Shown here: positions 1 to 12,400 of the stretch, piece by piece
How positions within the stretch are numbered: position 1 is the first letter of the stretch
Layout of the letters: the number at the start of each line of letters is the position of its first letter
Source: Malacoraja senta
Lineage: Eukaryota
NCBI GenBank assembly: GCA_038087875.1
Contig: CM075993.1
Location: forward strand, 4,218,001-4,282,000
Length of the DNA: 64,000 bases
Direction: 5' to 3'
Notes under the pieces: generated by a model
Databases searched by the model: none
What the model saw: only the letters and a program-made list of their open reading frames with translations
What the model was told of the DNA's origin: nothing
Position numbers and translations under genes: made by a program

Positions 1-280
1 AGGCTCTTCGGCCCACCGGGTCCGTGCCGACCAGCAATCCCCGCACATTAACACTATCCGACACACACTAGGGACAATTTTACATTTACCAAGCCAATTA
101 ACCTAGAAACCTGTACGTCTTTGGAGTGTGGGAGGAAACGAAGATCTCGGAGAAAACCCAGGAGGTCACGGGGAGAAAGTACAAACTCCGTACAGACAGC
201 AGCCGTAGTCTGGATTGAACCCGGGTCTCCGGCGGTGCAAGTGCTGTAAGGCGACAACTCTACCGCTGCGCCATCGCGCC
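1..280 (-). mobile_element. HE1/V-SINE-like tRNA-derived SINE
   Basis: Reverse complement of the family seen at 9185-9475. Confidence 0.8.
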
Positions 281-2587
281 TCTTTAAATAATGATTTTGT
301 TCATTCTGCGGTTGTGGGAATCTCTGGCGAAATTGTATTTCTCATCTGCTCAGAGTTCTTTCAGCAAAACCAGAATGGTTTACTAGATCTGTACTCACAG
401 ACTGCATATAGGGAGACACAAGAGACGGCAGATGCTTTGTTGAGTTCCTCCAACAAAATGCTGGAGGAAACTCAGCGAGTCAAGCAGCATCTGTGGAGGG
501 AATGGACAGATGACTCTTCGAGTTGGGACACTGATTATAGTAGGAGAGAAAAAGTTGGAAAGGACATTCAGGTTTCACTTGTACTTTGATAGGAAAAAAT
601 GATAGTTTCATGGTCACTAACTGATGGCAGCTGTTAATCTACAAATCATTCACACTTTGTCGGGACTATTCTTAATACCGTTGACAATTCATTCACTTTA
701 ACAACTACCTACATGTGGCTGCAGCATATGTTGTCTTTTTCTCTCCCGCTCACCCAAAGAACAGCATAAATCGTCTTTTCATTTGTCACCATCAAATCTC
801 GTGAGCGGCAGGAATAATCAATTATTAACCAAGCAAATGTGTTGGCCACTGAACAACTGAACGCTAAGCTCAATGCACACGGGTTGATAGGATGCCCTCC
901 AGCACACCTGTGCCAGTAAGTCCCTGCAAAGAAGCGGAATGTATCAACCAAATAGATTCCAGAATTTGGGATCTTGGTTCCGTTTGCCGGTACGGACCCA
1001 AAACTCAGGTCCCTGATAACAGCATTTTTGGGTGACTGGCCTGCGTTTTGAAGACTTCTGTGATGGGTCCTCCAAAATGAGCTTCTCCCCAAAAGTATTG
1101 GAGCCCGCATTCCCACAACGTTCTAACAGAAGATCATTAACCCTAAAATTAACTGTGTTTCTCTCTCCACAGATACTTCCTGACCTGCTGAGCATCCCAC
1201 GAATTTTATTTGTTCATGTAACATTTCATAAACTCTGTTTTCTTTGAGTTACCTCAGATTGGTTATAACTAATTTAGCAGCATCAACTCACTCAAAACAA
1301 GACTCTTATACCAATTTAAATAACATTAAATCAAATTAAATAGAAACAGTCGTTAGTGGAAGACATAAGAGGAATATTTTCTACTTCACCTATGTACACC
1401 TTTGTTAAAACTTTGCTTCCTCCCTCATTTTGTTTTCAGACGGTGCAAAGAAACTGCAAATTACAGCAGCACTTCATGTTTAAGATCTGAGATGTGACGA
1501 ATAAAACCGTATTGTATTGTATTGAGGTAAATTTCTTCACTATATAATTACGAATAGCAAATGTAGTGCAAGGCAGTTTGCCTTCAAATTAGATACATGC
1601 CCATGGTAATCATGCAAAGGGTGGCTCTGACATTTCAACAAGCTGCAAAAACTATAAATACTGGTTCAAATGCGCTTTATAAATTCATTCAGTGTGGGCG
1701 TTATTGGCAAGTGATTCTCTTAGTCTCTGTCGATGTCAAACAACCACAACCATCTCAATTTGTGTGAAGTAAGACACCATCCATCAATTCACTTAGTTTC
1801 CTCCCCACCTAATGCACCTCTTGATGTATATATTAACGGAGACATGCTTGGAGCTACGAGAGCCTCTGCCTCACAACGCCAGAGACCTGGGTTTGATCCC
1901 GACCACGTGTGCTGTCTGCGTGGAGCTGGCACGTTCTCCCTTTGACTGTGGATTTCCTCCGGATTCCTCCCACATCTCAAAGACATGCAAGTTTGTACAT
2001 TAATTAGATTCTGCAAAATTGCCCCTAGTGACATCGGACTTGTGTGAATGGGTGAAAGATGGTTGGCATGGACTCGGTGGACTGAAGAGCTGTTACCATG
2101 CAGCATCCCAAAAAATATTATTTTGGTGTCAATGGCACTCTCGAGGTCACCTTTTCCCCTCTCCTTGTCTTTGGACCAAATTTGAACCAAGGTCAAGAGC
2201 TGATTGGCTTTGATAAGGTCTACATCAAGCAGGTTACACGTGAGAAACTGAAATGATTGATGATGGTCAATAATAACTGGTTCCTGAGCTCAAAGTTAAT
2301 TCAACAAAGACAGATACAAAATGGTGGAGCAACTCAGCGGGATAGGCAGCATCTCTGGGGAGAAGGAATGGGTAATGTTTTGGGTCTCAACCGGAAACAT
2401 CTATTCCTTCTCTCCAGAGATGCTGCCTGTCCCGCTGATTTGCTCCAGCATTTTGTGTCTATCTTCGGTGTAAACCAGCATTTGCAGTTCCTTCATACAA
2501 GTTAATTCACTTGTTTTTCTGGCTCCCAGAGCACTGATGCTCATCAGCAAATGACATGAGCCAAGTGATGAGTTTAGCTTAGTTTAG

Positions 2588-2861
2588 AGGTATAGAGTGG
2601 AAACAGGCCCTTCGGCCCACCAAGTCTACATCGACCAGTGATCCCTGTATACTAGCACTATCCTACACACTAGGGACATTTTATAATTTTTCCAACCCAA
2701 TTAACCTACAAACCTGTATGTCTTTGGACTGTGGGAGGAAACGCAGAAAATCCACGCGGTCACTGGGAAGAACGTACAAATTACGTACAGACAGCATCCG
2801 TAGTCAGGATTGAACTCGGGTCTCTGAAGCTGTAAGGCAGCAACTCTACCATTGCGCCACC
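2588..2861 (-). mobile_element. HE1/V-SINE-like SINE
   Basis: Same family, CR1-like tail GGGCCGAAGGGCCTGTTTCC. Confidence 0.78.
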
Positions 2862-3214
2862 ATATATTAGGGCAAAACGTCATGAAAAAGCTAGGCTGTA
2901 CCGTGTGAATACAGAATTCTCTAGGATCAGAGGGAAGAGAGCTAAACAGATGAGAACTTAAGCAAATTTGTTATTACTGTAATACAAAACGAATGCACAT
3001 AAAAACGGAAAGAAGCAAACAAAATTAACAGCTAAAGGAATTGAACTGATATTCCCAGAGAAAAATAGCCAACTACCCATTAAGAGAGGGTAAAGTTATG
3101 AATCTGGCAAAAACTAGCAAAATTCACGTGCCATTGCAATCTATCCATCAGCCTACAGAACCACTATGCATAATGTCCTCATAATCCTGAGGATACTGAG
3201 TGAGAGTTGAGAGG

Positions 3215-3429
3215 TTACTGCATGCAGCACGCTCTGAAGAGCAGCATCCCGTCTACTGAGTTGATGCACAAGTCCACGTTCTCGTTGGCGGCAATGAAGA
3301 GCACGGACCCTCGGCAGACGTTGATCTGAGACGGGTCAGCGATGGCCACGGCTTCTCCCCTGGATTACAAGCAGGATACTCGCAGAATCAGTGGAGGATA
3401 TCGTGTATTCTTCCCACGGAACTTGGAAC
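3215..3429 (-). CDS. MPI: MPI exon 8 (last coding exon; two extra G in G-runs as given)
   Basis: ccag|GTT CCA AGT TCC GTG... Removing one G at 3413-3415 and one at 3357-3360 gives [70 protein letters not shown], which matches the MPI C-terminus. Confidence 0.9.
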
Positions 3430-6400
3430 CTGGGTTAAAGAGATTTTCTTTTAGTTTACAACTTTTTCCGGTGACATTGAACTTCATTAAATTCTGCAGT
3501 CTATTCAGAATGAGCTTCCAGTGGAAGTGGTGGAGGCAGGTTCGATGTTATCCTTTAAAAATAGATTGGATGCGTATATGGACGGGAAAGGAACGGAGGG
3601 TTATGGTCTGAGTGCAGGTAGATGGGACTAGGGGGAAGTATTTATTTTTATTTAAAAAAAAAAATTAAAAAAAATTTAAATAAAAAAATTAAAATGTTCG
3701 GCACGGACTTGAAGGGCCGAGATGGCCTGTTTCCGTGCTGTTATGGTTATATGGTTATATGGTTATATACCATTTAAAAGGCAGTTAAATAACCTGAAGA
3801 TAAATCATACCGAGTATTAAAACAGTAAAGAGGTGATAGCAAAGGAGATGATGCAGAGATTCATCAGCATGACTGGGTGATGTTTCAGTTATGAGGAGAA
3901 TTTTTTTTTCATGCAGAGGTGGTTAAGAGGGGACAGGATTGAGGTATATAAAATTAGGAGGGGTTTTGATAGGAAAGAATGCAGGAAACGTTCCCCATCA
4001 GAGAATGGAGAACATAGATTTAGAACATAGAATAGTACAGCACAGGAATGGCCCACGATGTTTGTGTCGAACTTGATCCCAAGAAAGTTTACCTGCCTGC
4101 ACATGATGCATTTCCCTCTATTCTTTGCACTTCAATAGACAACAGACAATAGGTACAGGAGGCGGCCATTTGGCCCTTCAAGCCAGTACCGCCATTCAAT
4201 ATGATCATGGCTGATCATGCACAATCAGTACCCCGTTCCTGCCTTCTCCCCATATCCCCTGACTCCACTATCTTTAAGAGCTCCATCCAACTCTCTCTTG
4301 AAAGCATCCAGAGGATTGACCGCCACTGCCTTCTGAGGCAGAGGATTCCACAGATTGACAACTCTCTGGGTGAAAAGGTTTTTCCTCATCTCTGTTCTAA
4401 ATGGCCTTCCCCTTATTCTCAAGTGCCTATTTAAAAGCCTCTATCGCATTAGCCACCGCCACCACCCCTGCAAATGCGTTCAGGCTCCCACCACACGGTG
4501 TAAAAAAAATTTGCCCCGCACATCTCGGTTAAACATTCATGTAAATGGGTGGTTGATGGTCAGTGTGGACTCAGTCTGAAGGGCCTGTCTCAGCACTGTA
4601 CGACTCTTAAGTGAGATGGTGAAGAAGTAAATAAAATGGAAGCAAGCTTCCATGGAACATAGCCACACGAGTGGGTCTGAACCAAATTTCTTAGTGGCAA
4701 TTTTTCTGTCATTAAGCAATCTTCTTATCTCCGCCAAGAGCATAAAGATTCAACCCTGCGGTTTGGCTGGAAGGCAAGTTTCAGCAGCATGCTAAGATTC
4801 TGGAATCCTGGTGTCAAGATTTCTTAACATACACTTGTTTTGGTGTCAACAGAATGGAAACTGGATCACTACACTGTTACATTGGTATGTACACGCGGCA
4901 ACAATAACATGCAGAGGATCAAATACGAGCGGTCATTTTTCAAGAACATGTCATACCTCTATTTTTATTACTGAAAAATCAGGCACTGGAGGATTGTACA
5001 TGAAAACACATGGATCACAGGGATCCCGAACAAACGGGAAGATCTTTTCACTTGCTGGGGCAGGCGTGTAATTCAGCATCTCACAAAGGGTGTGAACGTC
5101 AATGAATTTTGGAGTGAGACCAGCTCGCACGGTGTTATCGGAACATGCCATGCATTCTATGCAATCTGGAACAGATGAGCTCAAGTTAATTAGCTGTCAC
5201 CGACGATTCACACAATATCACTAAGTTTCTCAATAGCGGCCAAAAATAGACTGCAAATTCTTTTTTTTTTTTAATGGAAAGCATCTCAACATCACTATGC
5301 ATATCAGAAATGCGTCTGCATTAAAAATAATGATTATAGAGTCATGCAGCAGAGATGCAGGCTCTTCGGCCCAACTAGTCCATGTAGACCAAGATACCTC
5401 ATCTAACCCAGTCCTATTTGCTTGTGTTTGACTCATATCCCTCGAAGGCTCTCCTATCCATGTACCTGTGTCTTTTAAATGCTGTTATAGTACCCGCCTC
5501 AGCTACCTCCTCTGGCAGCTCGTTCCATATACCCACTGCCATCTACTGAAAAAGTTACCCTTCAGGTTCCTATTAAATCTTGTACATCCCACCTTAAAAG
5601 TACGTCCTTTGGTTCTTGATTCCCCGACCCTGGTTAAGAAACTCTGCGCATTCACCCTATATACTCCCTTCATGATGTGACACACCTCTATAAGACCACT
5701 CTCGGCCTCCTGCGCTCCAAGGAATAAAGTCCTAGACTGCCCAACCTTTCCCAACAGCTCAGGCCCTCGAGTCCTGGCAACATCCTCAAAAAAAAGAATA
5801 TTGTTCACTTAATATCTCACACTGAAAGGCTACAACACTGAGATTACAGCAGATGAAAAGCTCATAAAAAGTCGCCAAATCCAAACGTTATTTGTTTTAT
5901 TCTCCATCAATATTTTCCAACCCACCGAGTGTTCCAACATTTCCCCTTTTTTCACCAGCAGAGCTGCATTCTGTAATCTATGGCTAAACAATCATGGGCT
6001 CAAAGTTTATTAACACATAACGTGAGCAGGAAGGTGCGAAGTGGTGAGGAATGCCACAAACAGTAGTGAAAAATCTAGAATATTTGCTGAGAAGCCCAAA
6101 GTAATATTCAACACTTAGTCTGAACCTTTGCTAGAATTAACCAGCCCAATCTAAATCAAATTCAAAATTAGTGTCATTTTAATCCAAGAACTCTTTTCAA
6201 AATTGTCATGTCACCTCATGATTTGGTCAAATATTATTTTAGAAAGGTGCAAATTCTTATCAAAGTAAATTTGGTAACACAAAAGCCCAAGACTTTGGGT
6301 GAGCATTTACCATTGACAACTGCTTGGTTTGATAATGAGGTTATTGAGAAAAAGATATTGTAATTAAATCTCTTTATTGTTACTCATTCCAATCCTAGTA

Positions 6401-9400
6401 CCCAGAAACGCGCCCTTCAGCCCAACAAGTCTATTTTAACCCCATCTACCAAAACTTGGTCTGCAGCCTCCATGTCTGGGAACTCTTAAAGGCTAGTCCC
6501 ACTTGTCCGTCATTTGCGCGTCACGCAGATGGCGCGCGAAGATTTTGTACATCGACCGCGCATCACTGCCTATGTCACCACGCACGCATAAGGCGCACGC
6601 GTCGTGACACGTAAATGATGTCGCGTAAATTACACGCAAATGACGGCCAAGTGGGACTGGCCCTTTAATCTCTCTCCAGGCTGAAGGGTTAATTAACATA
6701 GAAACATAGAAAATAGGTGTAGGAGGAGGCCATTTGGCCCTTCGAGCCAGCACCGTCATTCATTGTGGTGAATCTCTGGAATTCTCTGCCACAGAAGGTA
6801 GTTGAGGCCAGTTCATTGGCTATATTTAAGAGGAGTTAGATGTGGCCCTTGTGGCTAAAGGTATCAGGGGGTATGGAGAGAAGGCAGGTACAGGATACTG
6901 AGTTGGATGTTCAGCCATGATCATATTCAATGGCGGTGCAGGCTCGAAGGGCCGAATGGCCTACTCCTGCACCTATTTTCTATGTTTCTATTGTGATCAT
7001 GGTTCTGACCCAAAACGTCATCTATCCACGTTCTCCAGAGATGCTGGACACAAAAAAGCTGGAGTAACACAAATGGTCAGACAGCATCTCTACTGTCTGA
7101 CCCGCTGAGTTACTCCAGCTTTTTGTCGGTTTAAACCAGCATCTGCAGTTCCTTCCGACACATTTCTCCACAGATGCTGCCTAACCTGCTAACTTTCCCC
7201 AGCACGTTGTGTCTTTTAAAAAAAATCACATTGCATCTCTGTCCTCTCTTTTTCGAAAATCTTTGGTTCTCACCTCCATAAAGATACGCATGGGGTTCAT
7301 TAGCTCCCAGGAAGATGGCTTCCCCAGGCTTCAGCTTCACCACATTCAGAAAGTAGATGACAAAGCAGCCAACATCACCCGGAAACTGGGAGTGTAATCG
7401 CAGCAACAGCTCGCTGTTACTTTCTGCTGCGTCCTTGCCTGCAGCACCTACAACACAAGTCTAGTTCAGTTGATTGTCATGTGTACTAAGGTACAGTGAA
7501 GAGCTTTTATTGCATGCTAACCAGTCAGCGGAAAGACAATGCACGATTACAATCGAGCCATTCACAGCGTACAGATACATGATAGGGGAATGACACAAGG
7601 CTTTTATTAGATCCAAACTATGGCTTGCAACACATCAAAACTTGGCACAAAGCATCAAAACTGCAAATACCAGTGACTCAAAACTAGTGCAAATGAAGGG
7701 CAGTATTTCAGCTGGGTCCATTCGGCCCTCCTGGGACATGGTGATCCACCTTCCTTTCCAGTAGTCACCAACTTATTGCCCACCATTCCTTCCCCCCTAC
7801 CCAACACTATTTTCCAGCAACCATGCTATTTAATCAAATTTACATCGAGGAAAAGCCAGGATTGTTCACCTTTGAACAAAGACTGAAGTTAGAATGGGTA
7901 ACGTTTCGGGTCGAGACCCTTCTTCAGACTAGTCAGGGGAAAGGGAACCGAGAGATATAGACGGGGATGTAGGGAGATATAGAACAAATGAATGAAAGAT
8001 ATGCAAAAAATTAACAATGATAAAGGAAACAGGCCATTGTTAGCTGTTTGCTAGGTAACCTGGTGTGACTTGGGTGGGGGAGGGATGGAGAGAGAGAGGG
8101 AGTGCGGGAGTTACTTGAAGTTAGAGAAATCAATACCGTAAGCTGCCCAGGCGTTTATACAAACAGCCTTCTGCAGTGCAAGAAATTGTGATTATTTTGA
8201 GGAGGGGTGAAAATTCACCTTTAGTTGCTGAATCTAAACAGCGGTGGATATGTTAGTCACTTGTTGCATTCATCCCTACATATTGTGACCCATGTAAATT
8301 AAAGGAGGGGAGATGAGAACAACGAATAGCTCCTTGCTCTTGCATACTTTTAGTGCAAATAATCACACACCCATCTCCCCAAGTGCCAGCTCAAACAACA
8401 TTCTAGCACTAAAACAACACATCGATGCTTTATGCCGTGCCAAAGATGACGCAAAGCAAATCAGACCCCGTTCATCATGGGAAATATGAAAGATTTCATG
8501 CTGTTAGTCGAAGCGCCGAAAGTTCTCGATATCCTGATTAACATTTCTCTCTCACTGACAAAACCTCATCATTCATATTATTGCAGCTTGTGGGATCGTG
8601 CCACTTGTAAAATGGCTGCTTGCTTAACACTGCCGACAAGTGCTTCGTGCTTGTGAGTCATTTCCAACAGCTGTGATGCAATAGATAAGTGCAAATATTT
8701 ACATCAGAGTCCCATATGTTGGCAAACCCACTTGTTAGAAACCAAGAGATATTTCATTGCACATTAGTTAAGTGCAAACTAATTTACATTTGGCCTCAAC
8801 GCCATACTGCTGTGTGTTAATAGCACAAACCTTCTTCCAACACTCTCTTCACCAACATGTTCAGCTGATCAACAAAGGTCTTCTTTTCACAGTTCATCAT
8901 TCTAGTAAAGCATTTCTTCAAGGCATCCGATATCTGGCGTGGGTGACCCAGGCTATTTTCAAGTATTTCCGCAGCTTCGTTGCCAATCACTGCATGGAAC
9001 TCCGGGACATCTGCAACAAAGCACAAATGTTTCAGAGATAAAAGAGAAACCATCAAATGTCAGATCTCTGTTGAAGAACGCAGGAGTAAAAAAACAAAAC
9101 ACATATTGAACCAATTTTTTGTTTGAAGTAAAAGTGGATACGCCAGCGATTTTGGATATATTTGTATTAATACATTAATATTAAGGGCGGCACAGTGGCA
9201 CAGCGGTAAAGTTGCTGCCATACAGCGCCAGAGACCCGGGTGCGTTCCCGACTATGGGTGCTGTCTGTACGGAGTTTGGACGTTCTCCCCGTGACCTGCC
9301 TGGATTTTCTCTGAGATCTTCGGTTTCCTCCCACACACCAAAGACGCACAGGTTTGTAGGATAATTTGCTTGGTATAAGTGTAAATTGTCCCTAGTGCGT

Positions 9401-12400
9401 GTAAGATAGTGTTAATGCGCTGGTCGGTGCGGACTTAGTGGGCCGAAGGGCCTGTTTCCGCGCTCTATCTCTAAAAATAAATGTTCCTTTACAATTATTC
9501 ATTTCAAACATGGTGATCGTAAAAAGAATGTGCATTTCAAAGCCTCTTTCTTAGTCCATCTCAAAACAGTTTATAACTATTTAATTACATATTAGGGATA
9601 CACTTCTTTATATTCAGTCTGGCACATTGCCACAACTTGTAGAGCTGCCACCTGACATCTCCAGCTATCCGGATTCAGTCCTGACTGGTGTTCATAAGGT
9701 CATATGTGATAGGAGTCAGAATTAGGCCATTTGGACCATCAAGTCTACTTCGCCATTCAATCATGGCTGATCTATCTCTCTCAACTAACTCCAATCTCAT
9801 GCATTCTCCCCAGATCCTCTGACACCCATGCTAATCAAGAATCTATCTATCGCTGCCTTAAATATATATTCTCTACATTCAAATGGCTCCATTCTAATTC
9901 TAATATAGCTAACGTGTTCTCTATGTGGAGCTTTGCACATTCCCCGTGGTGCTTGGACACCTTCGGTTTTCTCCCGTTTCCTTCCCCGTACCAAAGACAT
10001 GCAGGTTTGTACATTAATTAGCCATTGTAAAAGTCCCTCTAGTTTGTAGGTGAGCGATAGAATCTGGCAGATTCTAGCGACCAAAAGAATTAAGGATTGA
10101 TACTTGTCGCTGAGTTTTAGGATCAGAAGGGTTGAACTTGCAAAATTGCTCTAGAAATATTAAGATAAAAGCCTGCAGTGTTTTTTTCGCCCGATAAGAA
10201 TTACCAACAGGATTTCCTGGAGATTGACCAGGATGTTACAGGGAGGAGAAGGAATACCTCTTACTTTTCAAAAATCCAATGATTTCCTCCACAGGTCTGA
10301 ATCCGCAAAGTGCTTCAAATGGAGTCAGTGCAATGGCCATCTCTGGCTTGTGATTTTTATCAGGATATCGATCTGGATACTGAGCATGAAGCTTCGCAGC
10401 TAGTTCCTGCAGGACACAAGTTCCAAACCTATGAACAATGCAGTACTATTCCGTAAAATTTCGACTCTGACTTCAATTGCTGACTTCTATGTTTATTTGG
10501 CTCATGCCTTGGTGCTAGGGATCTTGGAACAGGAGGAAATATATCCAAGCCAAGAGCAGTAAGAACCAAGCCAATATCATTCTATTCTGTACAACAGCAT
10601 GAGACAAACTTTTCCCCACCCTGGCCCGATAGTGGTAGCATTTCCGCCCCCTCATTCATAGCCGATCATAAATACTTGGGGGAACAACAAAATGATTTAA
10701 ATACTTTGCCTAAATTCTGACCTTAGGAAAGCTCCAAATGCTGGAGTAACAGAGGGACAGGCAGCATCTCTGGATAGAAGAAATGGGTGACATTTCGAGT
10801 CGAGACGTCTGAAGAAGGGTCTCGACCCGAAACGTCACCCATTCCTTCTATCCAGTGATGCTGTCTGTCCCGCTGAGTTACTCCAACATTTAGTGTCTAT
10901 GCAAAGAAACATTTTTGAAGTGTAATTTACTTTAGTTTAGAGATGCATGGGAACAGTCCCTTCAGCCCACCAAATCCACACTGACAATCGATCACCCGTT
11001 CATACAAGTTCTATGTTATCCCATTTTCTCATCCTAAAAATTCGGGGCAATTAAAAAAAACACCATTTCAAACAGATGCCAATTATAACCTATAAACGTG
11101 CACATCAACTCAAAAAAGATACTTTATAAATTTCTGATTTCTATTTTTATTTGGTTTGTTCCCTGCGGGTGGATGCGGAAGAAAATTGAAACACACACAA
11201 GAGAAGCCCACACAATCACAGGGAGAAGCTTCTCTACATCTCAGAACACATGACAATAATAAACTCATAGCAATACAAAGAGTTTGTGTGGCATATGGGG
11301 AAAAAAAGGAGAGGAGTCAGATGACTGGGGAATGCTCAGCTGGAGGCCGGCAAGGTCAGGAAGTAGCCATAAGATGGAGACAACTTCTTGTTTAGGCACG
11401 TGATGAGTGCAACTTGGAGGCAGCAGCGATAGAGTTGCTGCCTTACAGACCTTACAGCGGCAAACACCCGGGTTCGATCCCAACTACGGGTGTTGCCTGT
11501 ACGGTGTTTGTACATCCTCCCTGTGACCGCTTGGGTTTTCTCTGAGATCTTCGGTTTCCTCCCACACGCTAAAGACGTTCGGGTTTGTGGGTTAATTGGC
11601 TTGGTATAAATGTAAAAATTGTCCCAAGGATTGTGTTAATGTGCGGGGATCGCTGGTCGGTGCGGACTCGGTGGGCCGAAGGGCCTGTTTCCGCCCTGTA
11701 CCTCTAAAATAAACTAAATGGATTTATACACAAAGCAAAGTTTGCTGTGTTTTAAAACGATTTTGTTTGGAGTTTGAGGGTGCAGAGAGCGAACAAAATC
11801 AAAGCGTATATTGCATGCTACACACACGGCTATCTACCCAATGATGCTGCATGTAAAGTACTAGAAATCCTTTTGCTTGCCTTGTTCGGATGAGCTTGAA
11901 TAGATAACGAGATGTTGACTGAGAGCACCTTGAACAAAAAGGGCAGCTGTCCTTGGAAGATATCCTTCACTTTTGACCCCAGGCTGTTAGGGTACTTCGA
12001 AATCCACTCCCCGAGAGTCTTTTGGGAAATTCTGTTGTCGCAAATGAGTGCATCTCCTTTGGGGTGTGCTCCCATCCATAGCTAATGGAGAAAAAAAATA
12101 ATAATCATAAAACAGCATCACCTCTCAAGATAGCTGATAATTTCCATATTTCGCCATATTGCAAAACGTGTTTCCTAATTATATTGCACATGGGTTTCTC
12201 ATATTTGTGTTACTTGTTAACATGACAACACCTTCAATAAATGCACTCTGTGAATGAGGTACTTGTAAATTTAATTTATATTAAATTGCCGTATGATTTT
12301 ATCAGTAATCTTCCTTCCCAGCATGAAGCAAAGCTGTCCAAAGGATAATTTATACAAACATTACATTGCTGTTCTCTCAATACACACCAATGAGCACAGA

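Noticed and set aside
1205..1210. MPI polyadenylation signal (AATAAA on minus)
   Set aside because: Plausible but about 2 kb from the stop and next to a repeat remnant; not supportable without transcript data.
3342..3611. 89-aa plus-strand ORF
   Set aside because: Antisense to MPI exon 8 and running into a CR1-type fragment.
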